59,930 bases of DNA from Mustelus asterias (lineage: Eukaryota), in assembly GCF_964213995.1 (NCBI RefSeq), contig NW_027590468.1, positions 190,071 to 250,000 on the forward strand. The letters are read 5' to 3'. The position numbers were made by a program, and so were the translations under genes. Of this stretch, positions 49,840 to 59,930 are shown in pieces (within the stretch, counting starts at the first letter, position 1; each line of letters opens with the position of its first letter). Under the pieces are notes generated by a model. That model did no database searches. It was given only the letters and a program-made list of their open reading frames with translations, and had not been told where the DNA came from.

Positions 49840-51300
49840 AATAGAAACAGGAATAGGCCATTCGGCCTTCCGAGCCTTCTCCGCCACTCATTATGATCAT
49901 GGATGATCATCAAATTCAATATCCTGATCGTGTCTTCCCTCTATATCCCTTGATCCCTTTAGCCCCAAGAGCTATATCTAATTTCTTCTTGAAATCCCGC
50001 AACGTTTTGACAATAAACGCTTCTGTGGTAATGAGTTCCACAGATTCACAACTGTCAGGATGAAGAAGTTTCTCTTCGTCTCAGTTCTAAAAGTTTTACC
50101 CATTATCCTCAAACTATGACTCCCCAACCGTCCGGAATATTCTTTCTGAATTTACTCTGCATAATAATTTTAGAATTTTATCAGTTTCTATGAGATCCCC
50201 TCTCACACTTCTAAACTCTAAATAATATAATCCGAACCGATTTTGTCTCTCCTCACACGACAGACCAGGAATCAGCCTGGTAAACCTTCGCTGCCCTCGC
50301 TCTGCGGTAAGGACATCCTTCCTCAGATATGGACACAATACTCCAGGTGTGGCCTCACCAACGGCCTATAAAATTGCAGTAAAATATCCCTATCCTTCTA
50401 CTCAAATCCTGTCGTTATGAAGGTCAGCATACCATTTGCCTTCCTTCCTGCCCAGTGGTATACCTGCGTGCTTTCTTTCAGCGCCAATACACTTGGATGC
50501 GAAGCTCTCGCTGAGTATTCACCTCTCAATTTAAACCCATTCAAATAATAATCTGCCATCCTATTGTTGCGACTGAAGTGGATAATCTCGCATTTCACCA
50601 TATTATACTGCATCTGCCATGCATATGCCCACTCACTCTGCCTTTTTAAATCTTGCTGAAGCATCGCTGCATCCTCCTCCGAGCTCACCCTTTCACCTGA
50701 CGTTGCGTCATCTGCAACTTGGAGATAATACATTTAGTTCCCTCCTCCAAATCAATTATATATATAAATGAACAGTTGGGCTCCTAGCACAGATCCCTGC
50801 AGTACCCCACTGGTCACTGCCAGCCAACTGGAAAATAGACCCATTTCTGCCAACTCTTTGCTTCCCATCTGCTAAGCAGCTTTCTATCCATCTCAAGACG
50901 CTATCCTATCGACCTTTTACGGTCGTATGCTATATGAGACCTTGTCGAAAGCCTTCTAAAGTCGAAAAAAACATACCTACCCCAGTTTTCCTTGGTCACC
51001 TCTACTAGTTGCATTCTCGCACAATTACACTAGGTTTGCCAAGGATGATTTTCCCTTTGCAAATCCATGTTGACTTCGTCTGATTATACCACTGCCTTCC
51101 AAATGCTGAGTTATGAAATCCTTGATAATAGACTCTAGCAACTTCCCAGTTCTGATGTTTGGTGCAATGGTTTATGCTTCACCCTTTTCCTCTCTACCTG
51201 CGTTTTTGAATGGCAGGCATATATTAGCTACCCTCCAATCTATAGGGACCAGTTTGGAGTCCAAATAATTTTTCGAAAATGACAAAAATGGATCGATTGT
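49840..51300 (-). mobile_element. Degenerate CR1-type LINE
   Basis: ORFs 50114..50338 and 50398..50733 with VADDA, WQMQYNMVKCEIIHF and RRFTRLIPGL. Confidence 0.8.
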
Positions 51301-51999
51301 TTGTTACGTTTCCCGCCTTCTTACATTCATATTCTATTTTCCACTTCCTAATCAATTCCTGTGTCCTTTTTTGCTGAATTTTAAACTACTCCAAATCCTC
51401 AGGTCTATAGATTTATTTGCCAATTTGAATGTTTCTTCTTCCCTTATAAGCGATGACTTGGCCACAGTTCCCTTACCACCCATCCACTTCGTCTGTGCTA
51501 ATATCTTTCTTCAATATCACATAGAATCCCTGCAGTGCAGAAGGCGGCCTTTCGACCTATCGAGTCTGCACCTACCACGATGCCACCCAGGCCCTATTTC
51601 CGTAACCCCACATATTTATCCTGCTAATCCCCTGACACGAGGGTCAATTTCGCATTGGCCAATCATTCTAACCCGCACATCTTTGGACTGTGGGAGAAAA
51701 CCGGGGCACTCGGAGGAAGCCCATGCAGACACGGCGAGAACGTGCCAACTCCACACAGACAATGATCTGAGGTCAGAATTGAGCCCGGGTCCCTGTCACT
51801 GTGAGGCAACAGTGCTAACCATTGTGCCACCGTGCCGCCCTGCTTTACGAAACAATGAACTCCACCATTTTTTTGATCCTTTCTGTCTTTGCTAAACATC
51901 GAATAGCCCTCAATGTTTATTTCCCATCCTTGGTTACCTTGGAGCCATGTCTCCATAATGCCAAATATATCATACATTTTGATATCTTTCTGCGCAGAA

Positions 52000-54170
52000 C
52001 ATCATCCCAGATGGGATGTATCCCAGGTTACTGTGGGAGGCGAGGGAAGAAATTGCAGAGCCTCTGGCGATGATATTTGCGTCATCAATGGAGACGGGAG
52101 AGGTTCCGGAGGATTGGAAGATTGCGGATGTGGTTCCGTTATTCAAGAAAGGGAGAAGAGATTGCCCAGGAAATTATAGACCAGTGAGTCTAATCTCAGT
52201 GGTTGGTAAGTTGATGGGGAAGATCCTGAGAGGCAGGATTTATGAACATCTGGAGAGGAATAGTATGATCAGAAATAGCCAGCACGGCTTTGTCCAAGGC
52301 AGATCATGCCTTACGAGCCTAATTGAATTTTTTGAAGATGTAACTAGACACATAGACGAGGGAAGAGCGGTAGATGGAGTTTATATGGATTTCAGCAAGG
52401 CGTTTGATAGGGTGCCCCATGCAAGGCTCATTGAGAAAGTGAAGGGGCATGGGATACAAGGGGACATTGCCTTGTGGATTCTGAACTGGCTTGCCCACAG
52501 AAGGCAAAGAGTGGTTGTAGATGGGTCTTTTTCAGCATGGAGGTCGGTCACCAGTGGAGTGCCCCAGGGATCTGTTCTGGGACCCTTGTGATTTTTATAA
52601 ATGACCTGGGTGAGGAAGTGGAAGGATGGGTTGGCAAGTTTGCTGATGACACAAAGGTTGGTGGGGTTGTGGATAGTGTAGAGGGATGTCAACAGTTGCA
52701 ACGAGACATAGGTAAGATGCAAGACTGGGCGGAGAAGTGGCAGATGGACTTCAACCCAGATAAGTGTGTGGTGGTTCATTTTGGCAGGTCGAATAGGATG
52801 AAAGAATAGATATTAAGGGTAAGACGCTTGGCAGTGTGGAAGATCAGAAGGATCTAGGGGTCCGGGTTCATAGGACGCTCAAAGCAGCGTCGCAGGTAGA
52901 GGCTGTGGTTAAGAAGGCGTATGGAATACTGGCCTTCATCAATAAAGGAATTGAGTTTAGAAATCGGGAGATAATGCTGCAGTTGTATAGGACCCTGGTC
53001 AGACACCACCTGGAGTACTCATAGAATCATAGAATCCCTACAGTACAGAAAGAGGCCATTCTGCCCATCGAGTCTGCACCGACCACAATCCCACCCAGGC
53101 CCTACCCCCACATCCCTACATATTTACCCACTAATCCCTCTAATCTACGCATCTCAGGACACTGTGCCCAGTTCTGGTCGCCTCATTACAGAAAGTGCGT
53201 GTGCGTGCTCGTGACTGTTTGTTTGTCTGTGTGTGTGTGTGTGTGTGCGTGTGTGTTTTTCAGAGGTGCATTTGTCTGTGTGTATGTGTTTGCGAGTTTG
53301 CTTGTGTCTGCTTGTTTCAGAACTTGCGTGTTTGTCTGAATGTGCGTGTGTGTATGTTTGTGTATGTGTGTTGGTCTTGGATTGTGCGTGTGTGAACATT
53401 TAAAATAAAAATGGATGATAGAAAAGCTACAGCACAAACAGGCCCTTCGGCCCACAAGTTGTGCCAAACATGCCCCTACCTACTAGGCTTACCTATAACC
53501 CTCTATCTTACTAACTTCCATGAACTTATCCAAAGGTCTCTTAAAAGACCCTATAGAATCCGCCTCCACCACCACTACCGGCAGCCGATTCCACGCACCC
53601 ACCACCCTCTGAGTGAAAAACTTACCCCTAACATCTCCTCTGTAACTACTCCCCAGCACCCTAAACCTGTGACCTCTTGTGGAAGCCATAGAAAGGGTGC
53701 AGAGGAGATTTACAAGGATGTTGACTGATTAGGTGGCATGCCTTTGGAGGATAGGTTGAGAGAGCACGGTCTTTTCTCTTTGGAGAGGCAAAGGATGAGA
53801 GGTGACCTGATAGAGGTGTGTAAGATGTTGAGGGGCATTGATAGAGTGGATTCTCAGAGGCTTTTATCCAGGGCTGAAATGGTTGCCACAAGAGGTCACA
53901 GGCTTAGGGTGCTGGGGAGTAGGTACAGAGGAGATGTTAGGGGTGAGATTTTCACTCAGAGGGTGGTGGGTGCGTGGAATCGGTTGCCGGTAGTTGTGGT
54001 GGAGGCGGATTCTACAGGGTCTTTTAAGAGACCTTTGGATAAGTTCATGGAAGTTAGTAAGATAGAGGGTGATATGTAAGCCTAGTAGGTGGGACATATT
54101 TGGCGCAACTTGTGGGCCGAAAGGCCTGTTTGTGCTGTAGCTTTTCTATCATCCATTTATATTTTAAATG
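52000..54170 (+). mobile_element. CR1-type LINE interrupted by a SINE tail and an inverted self-duplication
   Basis: ORFs 52016..52591, 52474..52809 and 53738..54079 carry RT motifs; the element resumes after inserts at 53019-53159 and 53195-53680. Confidence 0.88.
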
Positions 54171-56668
54171 TTCACACACACACAATCCGAGACCAACTCA
54201 CATACCCAAACATACACACGCGCACATTCAGACAAACACACAAGTTCTGAAACAAGCAGACAGAAGCAAACTCGCAAACACACACACACACAGCCAAATG
54301 CACCTCTGAAAAACACACACGCACACACACACACACACACAGACAAACAAAAAGTCACGAGCATGCACACACACAGGATCTCAGAAAAACCGATACAGGC
54401 AAACTCGCACGCATAGGCACATACATGGATATACACGCTCAGACACACACACACACACACACAGACACACAGACACACACATACTTTCTCTCTCTTTCTG
54501 ACACACAGACAGGCTGTCAGACAAGAACACACACATACAGACAACCACACAGACACAAACACACACACGCATTCAGACAAGTACAGACAAACACACACGC
54601 AAACACAGTCAGGCAAATACAGGCACACATTTCTCAGACGAACAGACACAGGAAATCTTGCAAACACACAGACACACACTCTCAGAAAAACACAGGCATA
54701 CACATGCACTCACAGACAAACACACAGTCACAAGCACACACTCAGACAAACACACACAAGCAAACTCGTGAACATAGACATATAGAGAGAAAAACTCAGA
54801 CAAACACACAAAGAAAATATATGCTCTCAGACATGCATGCACACAGACAGACACACACACACACACGCTGACAAACATACAGAAACAGACCCACACACAG
54901 ATGTCCTATCAAACGAACACGCATATGCATACAAATTCACTCTGATGCAAGCACACAGATAAGCACAAACTCTCAGACAAAACACACACATTTAGACACA
55001 AGTCTCAGTCAAACATTCAGACATACATACAATCACAGAAAAACACACACGCACAAACACACACACAAACACTCAGGCAAACACAGTCACGCACACAGCA
55101 ACACATGCACACAGTCAAACGTTGGCACACACATGATCTCAAACAACATAGGCAAACTCGCAAACACACAGACACACACTTTCAGCATAACACACACACA
55201 TATATACACACATGACCAGACAAGCAAACATACACAGGCACACACCCACACACACACAGCCTCAGGCAGAAACAGTCACACGATTGCAGACAAATAGACA
55301 CAAGCAAAGTCGCACACACAGAGACATAGACATAAACACTCAGACAACAAACACACACACACACACCCTCAGATAAACACAGAGACAAACCAAAAAAATC
55401 AAGATGGCGTCGGACCTTGTTGCAAGCTGTGCCCATCATCTCTCTAATGCTATCTTTTACTCTTGGTCTATGCTTTTAAAACGATATTCCAACTCTTTTG
55501 AACTCTATAACAATGTTTTAATTAAATTGATCTTTCTCTACATCCTAGCTATGACTGTGCACTCCTAGCTATGAGTGCACTTATGCACTCGCTCCTTTCT
55601 TTCTCCATGTACGTGTAATGCTGTGTTTGTAAAACCTACCTCTCCACTCACCTAATGAAGGAGCAGCGCTCCGAAAGCTCGTGATTCCAAAGAAACATGT
55701 TCGACTTGAAACTGGCGTTGTGAGACTTCTTACTGTTCTCTATGAAATGTATGCTTTCTCTGTATAGCGCGCAAGAAACAATACTTTTCTTTGTATACTA
55801 ATACATGTGACAATAATAAATCAAATAAAATAAAACCAAAAACATATACTTTCAGAAGAACGCACACACGCACACACACACACACACACACACAGCCACA
55901 CACACACACACAGCCACACACACACACACACACACTATTACGGGCAGTCTCACAAACGCAGAGAGAGACAGAGACCATAAAGTGTTGATGTCAATTTCAC
56001 TTTAATCAACCTGCGGGGCACAACAGCAATAACGGAAGCAAACTTAAAACCGGTGTGTGGGTTTTATTGTGAAATGAGATCATGTGTAAATGTATCACCA
56101 TAGCCCAGGTTGGGAGTGTAATTGATAATTTATCTGCTGTCTGTACCCCTGAACAAATGTCAAATTGGAGAGATTATCAAGTTTGTCATAGAAATCATAG
56201 GAACCCTCCAGTGCAGAAGAAGGCCATTCGGCCCATCGAGTCTGCACCGACCACAATCCCACCCAGGCCCTACCCCCACATATTTTACCCGCTAATCCCT
56301 CTAACCTACGCATCCCAGGACTCTAAGGGGCAATTCTTTTAACCTGGCCAATCAACCTAACCCGCACATCTTTGGACTGTGGGAGGAAACCGGAGCACCC
56401 GGAGGAAACCCACGCAGACACGAGGAGAATGTGCAAACTCCACACAGACAGTGACCCGAGCCGGGAATCGAACCCGGGACCCTGCAGCTGTGAAGCAGCA
56501 GTGCTAACCACTGTGCTACCGTGCCGCCAATACATTTGTATTGTAATGTTAGGATGTGAAGTATGTGGGAGAAGAATTGGAGTGATAAAGGGTGGAAAAC
56601 AAACTGGGGGAATGAGACTGAAGCTGCTGTGCAGACTGAATAGTTCTTGTGTGAATGGAGGGACACAT
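53903..56668 (-). repeat. Right arm of inverted segmental repeat (with a private SINE insertion at ~56186-56534)
   Basis: Reverse complement of 16184-18645. Confidence 0.92.
56186..56530 (-). mobile_element. Full-length young HE1-type SINE
   Basis: GGCGGCACGGTAGCACAGTGGTTAGCACTGCTGCTTCACAGC head; absent at the equivalent position of the left repeat arm; short TTTGT duplication. Confidence 0.9.
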
Positions 56669-58344
56669 ATAGGGATGGATGGAGGGAGGAAGGGATGGAC
56701 GGATGGCTGAATCGAGAGACCGATCGAGGGAAGGAGTGATGGATGGAGGGATGAATCTGAGAAGTAGAAGATTAGATTTGAAGAGCTTCCCAGTGTCACT
56801 GAACAACTGAACTTGGGGAAGTCATTGGGTAGAGACTCTGCTTGCTGCTGTTTCCCCTCCGGGCGCCAGGGGCCACTTGACCACTCCCTGCAGCTGCTGC
56901 TGCTGCTCCTCACAGTGTCACATCTTGGCCGCACCCTGGACTAGGTGCAGCTCTTTGGCGGAACATCAGGAGCCAGAGGCGGGGAAGGACGGGCCTTCCT
57001 ATTTCGGTGACGTCACCACCAGCCCCTACCCCCACCGTTTATTTTAAAGAAAGAAAACACTGTTCAGAAATGGAGAAGGTGACTGAAATTCTGACCCAGA
57101 CACGCCGCCGGGAGGTGATTTATATGTAAATAAAAATACAATTGTTAATTTAATATAAAAGATGCCGAAGGCGAAACTGCACATGCGCCTTATGTTCTCT
57201 GCGAGAAGATGGACACAGAACTGGGGCTTGGCCATAGAAGACAGAGGGTAGCGGTAGAGGGGTGATTTTCTGACTGGAAGGCTGTGACTAGCCATGATCG
57301 TCATGATGTGGAGATGCCGGCGTTGGACTGGGGTGAACACAGTAAGAGTTTTAACCTGGTGTTGTTAAAACTCTTACTAGCCATGATCCACAGGGATCAG
57401 TTCTGGGACCTTTGTTGTTCGTAGTATATATAAATGATTTGGGGGAAACTGTAGCTGGTATGATTGGTACGTCCACAGACCACACAAAAACTGGTGGAGT
57501 TGCGGAGAGTGAAGAGGATTGTCAGAGGATACAGCGACAGCAAAATATAGACCGGTTCGAGACTTGAGCGGGAAAATGGCAGATGGAGTTTAATCTGGAC
57601 AAGTGTGAGATAATGCATTTTGGAAGGTCCAATGCATGTCGGAATTATACAGGAAAGGTAGAACCCTTAGGAATATTGACAGGCAGAGAGATCTGGGCGT
57701 ACATATCCACCGATCACTGATAACATCGAAGGACAGTCGCTGAGTGACAGAATCTCCAAGATTCAAACCCCAAAAAAAGAAATAAGACGGTAGTGAGTTT
57801 AAATTTGTGATTCAATCCATGCTTGCGAGCTAAGAGAAAACGTGCGACATGTTTTGTCCACGATTCCCTGTCTGGTGAGGTGACTGCGAGTTAATGGAAG
57901 AACATTGAACTGGGATATAATTAATCTCCTTATAAGGGCAAGGTGTCCTTTGGCGTTGATCACATCAGAAGAAAATCCTGATCTAGTTGTGGTAAGGCAG
58001 AGATTCTGGTCCGTAAAAAGTGGCAGGAAACAACAAAGCTCGAAAATTACGCTCGAAATGACAGTGGCACTGCGGGGAAATTCAGTAATATTCGCAAAAA
58101 AGCATTCTGATCACACACACGCTGTGTACCGACTGTGAACAAATGGACCGAGAAACGGAAGGGAAAGGGCTGGCCAATAATTGATACAGACGAGGAAATA
58201 ACACCAGAGACAAACTGTCAGCTGACGAACCACTAACTCACTTTGGTGAGTGCCTTGGCTCGGAATTATAATACATTTCTGTTACTCTCACTTCTTATTT
58301 CTGCTTTTCGGTGTGAGCGCGCCCTCTGCTGATCACTAACTGGA

Positions 58345-58635
58345 ACTATCAGTGCGGTGATCCGCTCTATCTCTGCACCAGAAACATAAGGGGGTATCGG
58401 AGAGAAGCGTCCTGGTGACATTTGAGGAACAGTGTTCCTTTGTACAAAGTGGACAATATTGTTTCACATCCTCCGAGCTATAAATCCTCATTAAATATCT
58501 CGGAGTTTCGCCCGGATACCAGAACAGAATAGGGAGAATAGCTGTCCGAGTATTTACAATCCAACATTATGCTCTGTACTTGGAGAACCCTTAATTCAGA
58601 TTGATCCTTGGACACAGAATCATCACTATTGCTTT
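58345..58635 (-). pseudogene. Inverted TCR V pseudogene downstream of C
   Basis: Acceptor ttgttgcag; SNSDDSVSKDQSELRV..MLDCKYS and FWYPGETPRYLMRIYS remnants with deletions; 3' flank homologous to that of the 12.2-12.6 kb pseudogene. Confidence 0.75.
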
Positions 58636-59509
58636 CTGCAACAAAACACAGAATGTATCAAATATCTGAGAGTGAAAATAACACTTGGAACAAATATTCC
58701 CCATGTTTTAGTTCGTATTTGTCTGTTTTGCTGCAGCTGTTTCTCTGATTATAACTTCCTCTCAATCTATTCCTGTCTCATTCATTTATATCACCAGTTC
58801 TTGCTCTGCTTCACTCCAGGTCTCGCCTCCATTTCCAATTATTCAATACCTCTTGTTTTCTTCCCATATCTCCACCTACATTTCTCCCTTGTCTCTCCCT
58901 TACAGGTTTCAATAACAAATATCCCGCAGTGTTGCTCAGAACTCATTCTGAGCCCCTCTTGCTGTAGGACTCACACTGACTGAATGCAGTGAATATTACA
59001 CGTCTCGCAATTCTAGTGAAGCACCTCAGAGTGCACATTGTTCAACGTAGACAACCTAAATGACAACGTCCTTCCTGTATTGACGATCTTAAAATATGTA
59101 TTATGTTCCATTGATTGTACTGAACATCTTCAATGCGCAACAATACCTTTGCAGAAATCTTCAGTATCACTGCACTTTCTGAAATAACCATTTTGCAAAG
59201 TTTTGTAATGTTTCAATGAATGTGTTGAAGCACGTCAGCGTGCAAAATTATCTGTGTACGAAACTTAAACGTCAATGCACTTTCTGTAAAGACTATTCTG
59301 AAACGTTCTGTAATGTTCCTTTAATTGTACACAGAGTGCAACAGCTTCATTGTCGAAAACTTGAATGTTATTGCACTTGCTGTTATGGCCATTTTGAAAT
59401 ATTGTGTAATGTACTTTCAGATATTTTATGAATAAGGTTTTTTTTGCAAAAAACCAGTACATTGCGAGTGCACAATCCCCACCGCTGCCGCTGCTGCCGT
59501 CAATATGTT

Positions 59510-59930
59510 GTGAACTACTGGTGAATACAAAGAGCTTCTACAAATACATAAAGAGCAAAAGAGTGACAAGGGAGAAAGTAGGGCCAGTTAAGGATCAACA
59601 AGGTCATCGATGTGCGGATCCACAAAATATGGGTGAGATCCTAAATGAATATTTCTCGTCAGTATTTATTGTTGAGAAAAGCATGGATGTTAGGGAACTT
59701 GGGGAAATAAATAGTGCTGTCTTGAGGAGTGTACATATTACAGAGAAGGAGGTGTTGGAAGTCTTAAAGCGTATCAAGGTAGATAAATTCCCGGGACGTG
59801 ATGAAGTGTATCCCAGAACATTGTGGGAGGCTAGGGAGGAAATAGCAGAGATATTTCAATCATCGATAGTCACAGGTGAGGTGCCTGAAGATTTGAGGGT
59901 ATGGCTTTGTTTAAAAAAGGCTGACGGGAA
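59510..59930 (+). mobile_element. CR1-type LINE fragment
   Basis: FYKYIKSKRVTREKVGP..MGEILNEYFSSVF..DKFPGRDEVYPRTLWEAREEIA. Confidence 0.85.

Overview
This is vertebrate genomic DNA from a cartilaginous fish (shark); HE1-type tRNA-derived SINEs and CR1/HER1-type LINEs are abundant. It contains a compact T-cell receptor alpha/delta-type locus. From left to right: (i) a CpG-rich promoter-like island; (ii) a tandemly duplicated array of TRAV/TRDV-type V segments, with 4 apparently intact plus several pseudogenes, all with 23-bp-spacer RSS; (iii) a truncated endogenous retrovirus-like element; (iv) one complete NAR-TCR cassette, made of an IgNAR-like V (22-RSS), a 12/12-RSS D, a 22-RSS J, and a leaderless supporting TCR V with a CDR1 Cys; (v) four 12-RSS J segments plus degenerate J relics; (vi) a TCR delta-like constant gene (C-Ig, connecting peptide, TM with R/K, 3' exon); (vii) a candidate 3' enhancer; (viii) an inverted V pseudogene. 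Three things stand out. I find no D-delta: the supporting V RSS faces the first J RSS about 230 bp away. I find no J-alpha/C-alpha in the 20 kb after the constant gene. The whole NAR-TCR/J/C core is bracketed by a near-identical ~2.5 kb inverted repeat. All assignments come from manual reading and motif recognition; no database searches were run, and repeat boundaries are approximate.
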